Shown: in pieces, positions 1 to 9,992 of the stretch
Layout of the letters: every line of letters starts with the position of its first letter
Numbering within the stretch: the stretch's first letter is position 1
NCBI GenBank assembly: GCA_963740085.1
Contig: CAVUCU010000001.1
Location: 96,001 to 160,000, forward strand
From: Nitrospirota bacterium
GTDB taxonomy: Bacteria; Nitrospirota; UBA9217
DNA: 64,000 nt
Direction of reading: 5' to 3'
The notes under the pieces: generated by a model
What the model saw: the letters and a program-made list of their open reading frames with translations, nothing else
What the model was told of the DNA's origin: nothing
The model's database searches: none
Translations under genes and position numbers: made by a program

Positions 1-667
1 TGTTGATCATGCTGTATGCAATGATCACTGCGCAGAGCGTACGAAAAGCCTGGACGGGGATTCCGGTGATGCCGTTAAAAACAGAATAATTGAAAAGAGT
101 TGCGGGGAAAAAGTCCGCGCCGGGAACGATCACGCCCGCAAAAAGACCATAGAGGGTAAACGACAGGATCGCGGTCGCGAAATAGAACCGGGGCCGTGCA
201 GACTTAAATACGGGCAGAACGTTTTTTTGCAGCAGCAGGGTATAGGCCGTCAGAAATATGCCGGGAACACCCAGGAGGTAGCGCGCCCAAATATCTGCCG
301 TCAAGGAACGCTGCTCGCTGTTCGCTACGATAATTGCCCAAAGAGCGAGTAAAATTGCCGGAGCGACCCTGATGCCGCGATATCTGTTCTTAAAATGATA
401 TATGCCTTTTGAGCCGAACCTTAAGAGAAAAAGGAACGAAAGGGGGAGCAGGATCGTTCGCGCGAGTCGAACGGCGGTCATTGCAGATGCTTGCTGAGCA
501 ATGATCAGCATATCTACCCATTCATTCAGGCCGTGCAGTATTGCGAAGCACGCGACAAGCCAGATATTCTTCGCAAGCCAATATCTGCTCTCCTTTTTTG
601 GATAGAGCGCAACGATCAATCCCAGGCAGAAAAAGGACAACCCGTAAATGAAGAAAATTGCTACCAT
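1..667 (-). CDS. N-terminal multi-pass membrane sensor domain, probably of a sensor kinase or signalling protein; runs off the window edge and is absent from the ORF track
   Basis: Manual translation from ATG 667 (GGAG upstream), open to the edge: MVAIFFIYGLSFFCLG...WLVACFAILHGLNEW...ARYLLG...GIPVQAFRTLCAVIIAYSMIN; about 6-7 hydrophobic segments; motifs shared with 50198..50881. Confidence 0.7.
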   Translation of the reverse strand, partial: MVAIFFIYGLSFFCLGLIVALYPKKESRYWLAKNIWLVACFAILHGLNEWVDMLIIAQQASAMTAVRLARTILLPLSFLFLLRFGSKGIYHFKNRYRGIRVAPAILLALWAIIVANSEQRSLTADIWARYLLGVPGIFLTAYTLLLQKNVLPVFKSARPRFYFATAILSFTLYGLFAGVIVPGADFFPATLFNYSVFNGITGIPVQAFRTLCAVIIAYSMIN

Positions 668-905
668 GGAAACTCCACCTAAACCTTATTCCACGCCTCT
701 TTTGAGGTACGAGGACAAGTAAGAACGGAAAACGAAACCGAAAATGGCGGGAGAAGAATATCAGGGACATCTGCCGGGGTCGCATGCCCGATCGTACTCG
801 GAGTATCGTAATAATATCATATTTTAAAAAGACGCTCCCGGTTCCACTTGACCCGATTTATCCGCATCAGTCTTGGGATCAATCTCCGGGGCCGGAATCC
901 ACGGT

Positions 906-1880
906 CTACTTGCCGCTGATTTTAACGATATCGCCCGGTTTGAAACCGGCACCCGACGTGGGGACCGCAATGGACAGATCTGCCTGGTCTCCAAGGTCGT
1001 TCTGCTGCACCAGGGCCTGCCCTATCTTGTTCTCCGTGGTCCCCAGGTTCTGCTTGGTAACGGGATCGATGATCTCCTTGCCCGGCCTGAACACATCAAG
1101 TTTTTCTCCCACGTTCAATCCGGATCTCTGACCGGCATTGATGTAGAGGTTGTTCCCGTCAACCTGGGCGACCCTGCCGTTCCACTTTCGCTTGCCGAGC
1201 TGTTGCATCATATTGACCATGGCCTTGGTGAGGGCGTCCCGAAGGGCGCCATCGCGGAGGTCGGGATCATAAGCCGCCTTGGTCCCCATGCCGAGGACTG
1301 ATCTGACCTGTTTCTCGTAGATCCCCGCGCCTGAATCGGCCAATAACTGGACGCCGGTGGTGGCATCGACGATCCGGTAATCAACGGTGACACGGGCGAT
1401 CTGCTTCCTCCCTTTGCTCACCAGATAATCGTAGCCCTCTTCCGTCTCGGAATAGGCGGTGATCGACCCGGTCACGATCGCATTCAGACCCATGATCTGG
1501 CCCATCTTCGCCGCGGTCTCCGGATTGATTACGCCTGATGCCCCCAACCGCTGCTGCGCAAGGATCGACTGCAGGTCCTGCTGGGGAACGACGATAAATC
1601 GTTCGGTCTTCTGCAGGATCGTTCCCAGGATATCGGCCGCGGCCTCGCCGATCCCGAGGACCTTCGATGGGGTCTTGTTCTGGAAATTGACCACACCGAC
1701 CCTCAGCTTCGGGCCCTTATAGTCCCCCACATCACTTGACGTCTTCAACTGTTGGGACGTATCGGTCAAGGTGGTGTCGTTCTTGACCGCTCCGGACATT
1801 GATGGAGAACAGCCCTCCATGCCGAATGCCGCCATGATAAACAATGCCCCTGTCATCAATAACCATGAAGTATTTTTCAT
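906..1880 (-). CDS. CsgG/HfaB-family lipoprotein with FlgT-C-like C-terminal domain
   Basis: Lipobox-like MEGC; RVGVVNF...GEAAADILGTILQKTERFIVV...AAKMGQIMGLNAIVTGSIT (CsgG/TolB-N fold); C-terminal LYINAGQRSGLNVGEKLDV...DPVT. Confidence 0.75.
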   Translation of the reverse strand: MKNTSWLLMTGALFIMAAFGMEGCSPSMSGAVKNDTTLTDTSQQLKTSSDVGDYKGPKLRVGVVNFQNKTPSKVLGIGEAAADILGTILQKTERFIVVPQQDLQSILAQQRLGASGVINPETAAKMGQIMGLNAIVTGSITAYSETEEGYDYLVSKGRKQIARVTVDYRIVDATTGVQLLADSGAGIYEKQVRSVLGMGTKAAYDPDLRDGALRDALTKAMVNMMQQLGKRKWNGRVAQVDGNNLYINAGQRSGLNVGEKLDVFRPGKEIIDPVTKQNLGTTENKIGQALVQQNDLGDQADLSIAVPTSGAGFKPGDIVKISGK

Positions 1881-1916
1881 TTGTACCCTCCTTGAATACT
1901 ATTATAACGCAAATAT

Positions 1917-3287
1917 TTATTTGCCATTCGACCCTGTTGACATCAGATCCATGAATCCCCTCGCCTCGGTATAACCTGTCGGTATCTCGAACATCGCGGC
2001 AGCCGGTGTCTTCAATATAATGTTTCTGACTTCCGTCGTGACCTTGTAGTCCCTGTTCCGCACCTCGCTTTTGATGGTCATGCCGTTAAGATCTTTGGCG
2101 TTCCAGATGAAACCCTCCTCGATCTTTCCGTCCTTGTAGATGATTTTCACTTTGAACTTGTCTGCAGGGTGCTTCCCGATGACCTCACTGCCCGCCAGGG
2201 TCTTTTCGACCCTTGGTTTTTCTTCAGCCCTCTCGGTTTCCGTATGGACCATGTATTGACGAGAATCAGGATACAGTGTGTAACTCACCTTCTCGTCTCC
2301 CCTGTTGATCACGACCATCTTGTTGAGCGGCGAAGCAGTGTCGTCCTTCATCATCTTAGACATATCGATGTCCATCCGCACATTGTCGGAAGCGACCGCA
2401 ATCGGGATTTCCATGGAAAAAGGTTCATTCAGGTTTTTATCGAACGATTCTGAATACACGACTGCTGAAAAATCCCTCGTCCCCTGCCAGTCCATGTATC
2501 CGAAAGAAGGCGGTTCGGGCGGCCTGATCTCAGGCATCCCGCTCCCGGGCGCCGGCATCGTTTCAACGGCCCCGGGACCCGGCCCCCAGGGAAGGTTATC
2601 CGTGATCCGCCTGGCCAGTTCCGCTGATTCATAGTCCAAATGGCGCCCAATGGCCTCCGAAAACAGCTTCGTACCAAGACCGATGACAAAGGACTCTCCG
2701 AGCTTCTGGCTTCCCGTAGTCACGCTCTCGATGGTCACCCAGGGAACATCCTTGTCCCGGGCATCGGCGGCCCGTGCCGCAAGCGCCGCGGCTGCGCCGT
2801 ATTGACTCTGCATGATCAATTCGCTCCGCACACCGAGGCCCCGTTCCCAGACAATATCGCCGGTCATGGAATTGACGAGCTTGAACCTGGCCCTGACCTT
2901 CTTTACATTGATCGCGCCGGTCGTCAACTCGTTAAAATCCATAAGAGTTCCATACAGGACCCCCTCAACACCAAGTGTTTCGCCGAGTTTCCCGGGCGTC
3001 GTCAGATCAAGCTGGCCGCCGAGCGTGATACCCATCCGATCGCGAAGGATCTGGTCTGTTTCCTTCACGTCCTTGACCACGTAGGAACGATTTTCCAGCG
3101 CTTCCACCATCCTTTTTCTCAACACAACAGGCCCATCAACATCGTCCGTCTCGTTCTTCAAGGGAAGAACAGCGACTCTCTTCAGGGGATTGCGGACATC
3201 GAACGGAAGCGGAGGGTGATATGCAACGCAGCCCGCCAGAAATATCAACAGAACAAAGAGCAAAGAATATTTACGATACGCGACCAT
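1917..3287 (-). CDS. Lipoprotein with DUF799/GNA1162-like N-terminal domain fused to a DUF4412-like C-terminal domain
   Basis: AAGGAG RBS before ATG 3287; lipobox LAGC; RVAVLPLKNET...LGETLGVEGVLYGT; Pro-rich linker; C-terminal GSEVIGKHPADKFKV...FEIPTGY. Confidence 0.6.
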   Translation of the reverse strand: MVAYRKYSLLFVLLIFLAGCVAYHPPLPFDVRNPLKRVAVLPLKNETDDVDGPVVLRKRMVEALENRSYVVKDVKETDQILRDRMGITLGGQLDLTTPGKLGETLGVEGVLYGTLMDFNELTTGAINVKKVRARFKLVNSMTGDIVWERGLGVRSELIMQSQYGAAAALAARAADARDKDVPWVTIESVTTGSQKLGESFVIGLGTKLFSEAIGRHLDYESAELARRITDNLPWGPGPGAVETMPAPGSGMPEIRPPEPPSFGYMDWQGTRDFSAVVYSESFDKNLNEPFSMEIPIAVASDNVRMDIDMSKMMKDDTASPLNKMVVINRGDEKVSYTLYPDSRQYMVHTETERAEEKPRVEKTLAGSEVIGKHPADKFKVKIIYKDGKIEEGFIWNAKDLNGMTIKSEVRNRDYKVTTEVRNIILKTPAAAMFEIPTGYTEARGFMDLMSTGSNGK

Positions 3288-3611
3288 TCGCTGCTCCTTT
3301 TCACGATCTAAAATCACTACGAATTAAAGTGCGCCGGGGCCCTCTGACGAACAGTGATTCCTAACACACCTATGCATCATCTGTCAAGCTCAGAGGCCCG
3401 GGTGATATACCTTTTGTCCCCTGATTCTTGCCCATAAACGATAACGGCCCTGCAATTCCGGAGAAGAAAACCTCTAATCTTATTAGTGAGCATTTTAACG
3501 CAACATTCTGTTATCTCAAATATATATCTACAGCAAAATACTTAACGCATAGGTTCAACGTTCCATTAAAATCCCGCCCCGGAGAATACGGAGCGGGCCG
3601 TATAGAACTGA

Positions 3612-4763
3612 TTAGAATTTCACCTGGTTCTTGAACACTCGGATAGAGAGAAGCGCATCTGCACCAGAAACCGGGGCATCGGGCTTGAACTCGCCGGTCG
3701 CCTTGTCGGCATCAAGGAATCCCCTCGAGGTTGCGATCATGGCGGCAGTGAAAAAGTGCTGATCGTTCCCGACATCCCGGAAGGGCGATGTGGCCCCCAG
3801 GAACTTGGTGGCCAATTTCTCGTCACCGGACACCTTGATCAGGATGTCTTCGAGCATGAGGGCAAACTCTCCCTTGGTAATGAGCTTGTCGGGCTTAAAC
3901 GTGTTGTTCGATCCCGCCTCGAGACCGCGAACATGGAGCTTGAGCACCAAATCGATACTCGGTTTGAGCCAATGGTTCGCAATGTCGGTCGCAGCCTCCA
4001 TTTTGATGGCCTTTTCATTCTCCATCGTTGTAGAAGATTCCGCCGGTGACTTGAAGGCAGTGTCATCGGTTTTTACGCCCCGTTTGGTAAAGAGCTTTTC
4101 CAGATCCATCTCCTGATCAAAGAGAGCGGCTATATCTGCGCGGTCGATCTTGTCGACGAGGGCTATCTTCCTGCCGATCTCGGTCCCCGGCGCGGCCCGC
4201 TGGATCTTCTGGACCAGGGCCCATTCGGCATTGGCCTCGCCGATGAACTCCTTATTTATGCCCAGAACGGTCTTGAACATGGTCTCAGCCTTGTCGAAGT
4301 CAAGGGCGACCATATAGGCCATCCCCATGAAATAATGGAGCTGCGCGCTGTTCGAATCTTTCATCTGTGCAGCCTTGAACTCATTTTCCGCGTCAGAAAC
4401 CCAGCCCTTTGCCCGCTGCATGCTGTAGAGCCTGATCATGCCGATGTGTCCACCGATCCCCTTATCCAGGCGTTTCCCCTCGGACATGTTATCAAATGCG
4501 GGCTTGTACTCGCCCTTCTTGCCGAATGCCAGTCCTTTGCCGATATAACCGAGCGACGACTTGGGGTCAAGCGAGATGGATCGATCAAAGGACTTCATGG
4601 CTTCATCGATCTGATCATTGTCGAGGTACTTTAATCCATTCCAGTAATGATGCTCGGGTGAGTCCATCAGCGACGTGGGAGGTGCGATCATCCTGCTGCA
4701 CGCGGCAACGAGGAGGGCAAGGGCCGCCACAAGCAATATGAGGCGTTTAATCTGAATAGACAT
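3612..4763 (-). CDS. TPR-repeat lipoprotein with C-terminal S-layer homology (SLH) motifs
   Basis: GGAGG RBS before ATG 4763; lipobox VAAC; TPR repeats; DIANHW...FKPDKLITKGEFA and FRDV...FKPDAPVSGADA. Confidence 0.75.
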   Translation of the reverse strand: MSIQIKRLILLVAALALLVAACSRMIAPPTSLMDSPEHHYWNGLKYLDNDQIDEAMKSFDRSISLDPKSSLGYIGKGLAFGKKGEYKPAFDNMSEGKRLDKGIGGHIGMIRLYSMQRAKGWVSDAENEFKAAQMKDSNSAQLHYFMGMAYMVALDFDKAETMFKTVLGINKEFIGEANAEWALVQKIQRAAPGTEIGRKIALVDKIDRADIAALFDQEMDLEKLFTKRGVKTDDTAFKSPAESSTTMENEKAIKMEAATDIANHWLKPSIDLVLKLHVRGLEAGSNNTFKPDKLITKGEFALMLEDILIKVSGDEKLATKFLGATSPFRDVGNDQHFFTAAMIATSRGFLDADKATGEFKPDAPVSGADALLSIRVFKNQVKF

Positions 4764-4846
4764 TATCAACCTCCGATCGCTGAGCGAATTTGAAAAGCGG
4801 GGCATATCATCTCTCCCGGATGGCTCCAACACTGCAAACGCCGACG

Positions 4847-5707
4847 TTAATCCACCAGAATAATGACCCTGCACTTCTGGAGCATGCCCAGATTTTCGGA
4901 AGCGCTGTGCAGCATGGCTGCGTCCGCATTGGTGATGACCGTATCCACCCTCGCATCTCCTGCAGCCTTGATCGCCTTTACCATGAGGGGCTTATCCGTT
5001 ACCCGCGGGTTCGCCTGTGCCTGGACAGGGTCTTTGAGATAGCCGACCATCCCCTCGCGTACGGCGTAATCCCTGCTGGCCCAGGCGGAGCCGTAGACCT
5101 CCTTACCGTCTTCGTTCAGGATCTTCGGGGCCATGGCAGGCTTTACACCGAGTCCCCGCGCGTCAACGATCAGTCCGGTATACAGTTGTCCCGGAGAAGC
5201 GGGTTCCAGGGTTCCGGTAAGAGCGGCCGGAGGTGTCGGTGGCGTCTTCGGGAGAAGAGCCTCGGAGAGTGAGCCCATAAGCCTCATCCCCATGGTCACC
5301 TCAACAGAACCGTTGGACAGGTATTTTTCATCCATGATCGTGGCCCCCTGGATGATACCGCTCACCTCGGTACTGATGACATCGCTCGTGAGAATGAAAT
5401 TGTCGACCGTCGCTGTAGAATCAACCCGTACACCCCTTAAAGCCTCGAGCAAGTTCCGGTACGCAACCACCTGTGCCGCACGTTCCGCCATGGCCCTCGC
5501 CTGTGCCGCGTTGGCGGGTTGTGCCGGCGGAGCGCCGATGCCGACCGCCGTCAGCACTCCCGTGGTCCAGTTCATCTTTCCCGAGAATCCCGCTGGCTGC
5601 TCGACATCGTTGATCGTACCCATAAGCTGCGCTGACGCGCTTCCTGCCAGAATGATGGATAGGCTTAAAACGATTATTACGAAAGCTGAGGATATTTTTA
5701 TGAACAT
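4847..5707 (-). CDS. Exported LPP20-like domain protein
   Basis: Signal peptide ending ASA-Q; AGGAGG RBS; NWTTGVLTAVGIG...AERAAQVVAYRNLLE...YTGLIVDARGL. Confidence 0.65.
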   Translation of the reverse strand: MFIKISSAFVIIVLSLSIILAGSASAQLMGTINDVEQPAGFSGKMNWTTGVLTAVGIGAPPAQPANAAQARAMAERAAQVVAYRNLLEALRGVRVDSTATVDNFILTSDVISTEVSGIIQGATIMDEKYLSNGSVEVTMGMRLMGSLSEALLPKTPPTPPAALTGTLEPASPGQLYTGLIVDARGLGVKPAMAPKILNEDGKEVYGSAWASRDYAVREGMVGYLKDPVQAQANPRVTDKPLMVKAIKAAGDARVDTVITNADAAMLHSASENLGMLQKCRVIILVD

Positions 5708-5900
5708 GACATACCTCCTCCGGTTGATTTTGTGAAATTGATAGATCCAGGAAGCAAAATTGATCCTGACTTCACGTCCTCTGAAATACGTTTACAAATA
5801 ATAATATCGATCCGTGGTTTTTATCATCAGGACACCACTCGGATAACGATGTTTCACGACAAAACAAGAGCTGTGCAGCACGACATTTAAGTACTTAAAA

Positions 5901-5929
5901 ACTATACATAACCGCACGTTACTTGTCAA
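5901..5929 (-). promoter_or_regulatory. Sigma70-type promoter for the lipoprotein operon
   Basis: TTGACA-17 nt-TATAGT on the minus strand. Confidence 0.6.
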
Positions 5930-5942
5930 GATTGGCGGCCGG

Positions 5943-6665
5943 CTATAGCGCCCGTGCAAGCGTGAACGCCGTCACGTGGGCCGCCCCGCCTTCTTTAAGA
6001 ACGGAAGCACATTCGTTCATAGTTGCGCCCGTCGTAAAAACATCATCAACGAGGACAACGCTCCTGTCCACCACTTCCGCGGGCTGTCTGAGCGCAAAAG
6101 CGCCGGCCACATTCCGTATCCGCTCCGCTCCCGTCAGTTCCACCTGAGGCCGGGTAGGCCTTGTCCGGTACAGGTTGTCGCAGGAGAACGCGATTTGGTG
6201 CGTCTCGCTCATCCTGTGCGCGAGGAGGAGCGCCTGGTTGAAGCCGCGCTCTTTGAGCCTGCTCGCGTGAAGCGGCACCGGCATAACGAGGTCGATGTCC
6301 ATGATGAGACGGACATTCGCTGCCATCCATTCGCCCAGCGGCGATCCCAGGGTCCTGCACGGCCGGTACTTGAACTGGTGCACGGCCTCGCGCAACGAAC
6401 CCTCAAAATATCCGACCGACAATGCCTGATCGAACACAGGAGGCTCGCGCCTGCACGCAAGGCACACCTGATCGGGACTGTGGGCAAGCGTCTCGGGCGA
6501 GTCGAAGGGCCTGCCGCAGCGCGGGCACACCGGCCCCTGTATCGGCATGAAATCAGCCCAGCAGGTGGAGCAGAAAAAAGGGATGTTGGAATCACCAACC
6601 GGATCATTGCAGAAGGAACAGGAGGTAGGAAGAATAAAATCGAGAACGCGACTGAGAAAGCGCAT
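5943..6665 (-). CDS. comF: ComF family protein (double zinc ribbon plus PRTase domain)
   Basis: Four CxxC motifs; PVPLH...RGFNQA; VLVDDVFTTGAT. Confidence 0.9.
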   Translation of the reverse strand: MRFLSRVLDFILPTSCSFCNDPVGDSNIPFFCSTCWADFMPIQGPVCPRCGRPFDSPETLAHSPDQVCLACRREPPVFDQALSVGYFEGSLREAVHQFKYRPCRTLGSPLGEWMAANVRLIMDIDLVMPVPLHASRLKERGFNQALLLAHRMSETHQIAFSCDNLYRTRPTRPQVELTGAERIRNVAGAFALRQPAEVVDRSVVLVDDVFTTGATMNECASVLKEGGAAHVTAFTLARAL

Positions 6666-6681
6666 GATCCCTCAAAAACTT

Positions 6682-6830
6682 AAATAACCAAATAACAAAT
6701 TCCAAATCTCAAATAATGTCCAAACTACAAATGCCAAACAGTCTGGTCATTGAGCTTTGTATTTTAGAACTTATTTGCAATTTGATGTTTGTTGATTGGT
6801 GCTTATCTGTTAATTGGTGATTGGAATTCC
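6682..6830. repeat. 7-nt-periodic imperfect inverted-repeat element
   Basis: CAAATAA CAAATTC CAAATCT CAAATAA left arm; T/G-rich complementary right arm. Confidence 0.7.
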
Positions 6831-6838
6831 TTTTTGCC

Positions 6839-8380
6839 TCACGACATAATGAGGCTTTTGCCGGTCATTTCGGCGGGAATATCGATGTCCATGAGGTCGA
6901 GCACTGTCGGCGCAACATCGGCAAGGATTCCGGCGTCCCTCAACTGAACATTTTTTTTCACGATTATAAAAGGAACGGGATCGGTCGTGTGAGCTGTGTG
7001 CGGCTGGTGGGTCGTTGAATCGAGCATGATCTCAGCATTACCATGATCCGCGGTGATGAACACCACCATCCCTTCTTCCCTCGCCGCGGCCAGCACGCGA
7101 CCCAGGCATTCGTCGATCACCTCCACTGCCTTGATCGCGGCATCGATCACCCCCGTATGGCCGACCATGTCCGGATTGGCGTAATTAGCGAGGATAAAAC
7201 CATACTCTCGTGACGTGATATGCTCAACGAGCTTGTCCGTGATCTCACGCGCACTCATCTCCGGTTTTTTATCGTACGTGGAAACGTCGCGCGGCGACGG
7301 CACCAGCACTCGATCTTCGAGAGAGAAGGGACGCTCTTCTCCGCCATTGAAGAAAAAGGTGACGTGGGCGTATTTTTCGGTCTCGGCAATACGAAGTTGA
7401 CGTATTCCATGCCGGCTCAACACTTCTCCAAGGATATTGACAAGCCGCACCGGCCCAAAAGCCACTGGCAGCTCAAATACCTCGTCGTAGGTCGTCAGAC
7501 AGACAAAGGATGAAAGCCTCGGGACCCGGTTCCGCTTGAAAGCAGAGAATTCCGGATCGGTGAGCACGCGGGTGATCTCCCGCGCCCTGTCGGACCGGAA
7601 ATTACAAAAGATAACTGCGTCGTTATCCCGGATCGTGGCAACGCTCCTGTTCGTTTTTTTGTCGAGCAGCACTGTCGGGAGCACGAACTCGTCGGTTTTG
7701 TCGTGATCATAACTCTGTTGGACTGCTTCGAGGGCCGAGTATTTTCTTACCCCCTCGCCCATGACCAGCGCCTCATAAGCCTTTTGGATCCTTTCCCAGC
7801 GTTTATCTCGGTCCATGGCATAGTATCTTCCTGAAACCGAGGCGATCCTGCCGATGCCGATCCTGGCAAGATATGCCTCAAGTTGCGAGATGTATTGGAT
7901 GGCACTCGAGGGCGGAGTGTCCCTGCCGTCCAGAAATGCGTGGAAGTAAACGTTCTTGATCCCCTGTGCCTTTACCATATCGAACATCGCGAAGATATGG
8001 TCCATCCGGCTATGGACACCGCCATCCGAAAGGAGCCCCATAAGATGAAGATTCTCCCCGGATTGTTTGACGTTTCCCATTGCCGTAAGCAGGACCGGGT
8101 TGCGAAAGAACTCACCGTCCGTGATCGCCTTGCTGATCCGCGTCGAGTCCTGGTACACGATCCTGCCGGCGCCGAGGTTCAGGTGGCCCACTTCGGAATT
8201 CCCCATTTGTCCTTCGGTAAGACCTACCTCCTCTCCCGATGCCCGGAGTTCGGCATGCGCGTACTCACGCATCACCGCGGTATAGACCGGTGTCTTTGCC
8301 GAGGCAATGGCGTTACCTTCCTTGTTCATGTTGATTCCCCATCCATCGAGGACCAACAGCACTACCCGGTTGCTTGACAT
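6839..8380 (-). CDS. gpmI: 2,3-bisphosphoglycerate-independent phosphoglycerate mutase
   Basis: LDGWG, GQMGNSEVGH, GRYYAMDRD, AETEKYAHVTFF, NPDMVGHTG, TADHGN. Confidence 0.97.
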   Translation of the reverse strand: MSSNRVVLLVLDGWGINMNKEGNAIASAKTPVYTAVMREYAHAELRASGEEVGLTEGQMGNSEVGHLNLGAGRIVYQDSTRISKAITDGEFFRNPVLLTAMGNVKQSGENLHLMGLLSDGGVHSRMDHIFAMFDMVKAQGIKNVYFHAFLDGRDTPPSSAIQYISQLEAYLARIGIGRIASVSGRYYAMDRDKRWERIQKAYEALVMGEGVRKYSALEAVQQSYDHDKTDEFVLPTVLLDKKTNRSVATIRDNDAVIFCNFRSDRAREITRVLTDPEFSAFKRNRVPRLSSFVCLTTYDEVFELPVAFGPVRLVNILGEVLSRHGIRQLRIAETEKYAHVTFFFNGGEERPFSLEDRVLVPSPRDVSTYDKKPEMSAREITDKLVEHITSREYGFILANYANPDMVGHTGVIDAAIKAVEVIDECLGRVLAAAREEGMVVFITADHGNAEIMLDSTTHQPHTAHTTDPVPFIIVKKNVQLRDAGILADVAPTVLDLMDIDIPAEMTGKSLIMS

Positions 8381-8392
8381 GTAGACTCCATT

Positions 8393-8481
8393 AAGAATAC
8401 AGAAGCCAGAATTCAGAAGACAAATGAAACGATCTGCCTTCTCCTGACTCCTGGCTTCTGACTACTGACTACTGACTTCTG
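8393..8481. repeat. 7-nt-periodic inverted-repeat element
   Basis: AGAATAC AGAAGCC AGAATTC AGAAG opposite CCTGACT CCTGGCT TCTGACT ACTGACT ACTGACT TCTG. Confidence 0.75.
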
Positions 8482-8485
8482 TCGT

Positions 8486-9793
8486 TCAACAGTTCTTTTC
8501 GAGATTGACCCCGAAGGTGTTCCATCTGCCGCAGTTCGGGCACCGGCCGGACCAGTCAATGGTGCGAAGATCGCAGTTTGAGCAGACGTAGGGTATGATG
8601 ATCTGCTTCTTAAAGCCGAGGGCTTTTTTGAACTCCGAAGCGGCAAGGCCAAGAGAGCCGCGGCGCAGATAGATATTGCCGAGCAGTTTGTGAACGTCAC
8701 GGAACTCTTTGTCCCCCCAGTCCACGGTGGAGAGGGTGTCGAAGGCCTCATCGATCATTTCAAGACGATAGAAGAGTTTCCCGAGAAAGAATTTGATCAT
8801 GATGTCCTGGGGCTTCCAGCTCACCGCCTGCGTATAGAGTTCGATGGCCTTTCCCGGCTCTCCCTGTTTCAGGTAAAGGTCCTCAAGGCGGTAAAGGAGC
8901 AATACCGATGATGTCATTTTATAGGCCTTTTCCCACAGCTCGGCCGCGTCCTTGGCCTTGCCCTCATCAAGGTATATCTCGCCCAGGCCGAGGTACGCCG
9001 GGATAAAATCCTTGTCGAGCTTGATCACGCCGCGGAATATCTTTTTCCCCCGCTCAAGATCCCCGGCTTCGAGCAGAGAGCGGCCCAGCTCATACTTGAA
9101 ACCGACAAGTCTGCGATGCTCGACCTCCTGCTCCGATGCGGTGAGGGGGCTGGCAACCAGCTTGCGCTGCGTCTCGTACAAATTATCCCAGTAGTTCAGC
9201 TTCTGGTAAAGGTCGCGCATCTTGATCAATGCCGTCAGGTTGGACGAGTCATTGGAGAGAATATTCTGGTACATTCCGAGTGCGTCGTCGTACCGCTTTG
9301 CTTCTTCATAGTCCGTGGCCAGCGAGAACATGACCTCCTGGTTTTCTTCATCAAGACTCAGGGCCTTCTGGTGGAGCAGGATGGCCTCCTGCGGGTTCTT
9401 CTCGCGGAGCTGGCTGATCCCCATGCGAAGGAGCGTGTCCACATGGTTCGGGTCAATGGCGAGCACTTTCTGAAAAAAGCTGATCGCCTCCGGGTTCCGC
9501 TTGGCAAGCAGGGAATTCAGCCCCTTGGTATAAAGGTCCTGGACCTTGAGTCGTTTTTTCTGTTCACGCTGGACCCGAAGCCCGCTCAGGAACCGCTTGA
9601 CATCACGCAGCAGATAGAGGAGGAACACCAGACCAGCGCCGACAGCCATGGACAAGAAAAAGAAGGTGGATTTGGAGATATCGTAGGATTTGGAAGGGAG
9701 AAGGTTGACCGCAATGATCCCCTGATTTAACTCCCTCAGAAGCATTATGAATATCACTGCCGCGATCAACAGAAGGGTGACAATAAATCTCAT
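8486..9793 (-). CDS. lapB: LapB-like TPR protein with rubredoxin-type Zn site and an N-terminal LapA-like membrane domain
   Basis: Two N-terminal TM segments; many TPRs; C-terminal YVCSNC...WSGRCPNCGRWNT. Confidence 0.75.
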   Translation of the reverse strand: MRFIVTLLLIAAVIFIMLLRELNQGIIAVNLLPSKSYDISKSTFFFLSMAVGAGLVFLLYLLRDVKRFLSGLRVQREQKKRLKVQDLYTKGLNSLLAKRNPEAISFFQKVLAIDPNHVDTLLRMGISQLREKNPQEAILLHQKALSLDEENQEVMFSLATDYEEAKRYDDALGMYQNILSNDSSNLTALIKMRDLYQKLNYWDNLYETQRKLVASPLTASEQEVEHRRLVGFKYELGRSLLEAGDLERGKKIFRGVIKLDKDFIPAYLGLGEIYLDEGKAKDAAELWEKAYKMTSSVLLLYRLEDLYLKQGEPGKAIELYTQAVSWKPQDIMIKFFLGKLFYRLEMIDEAFDTLSTVDWGDKEFRDVHKLLGNIYLRRGSLGLAASEFKKALGFKKQIIIPYVCSNCDLRTIDWSGRCPNCGRWNTFGVNLEKNC

Positions 9794-9992
9794 CCTCGGT
9801 CCTTTCTCAATAAATCAATGCGAGGCATGCCTTTGATGATATCTGATCCAATACATCCTCTCAAAACCGCACTCCCAGGGTAAAGCATCCCGGGGCAGGC
9901 TTTTACGCCTTTGGAAATGACAATATTTTCCGGCAATACTCTGTCATCCCGGGGTGCCTCTATCAGGATTATGGTTTAACGTTGTTTCATAA

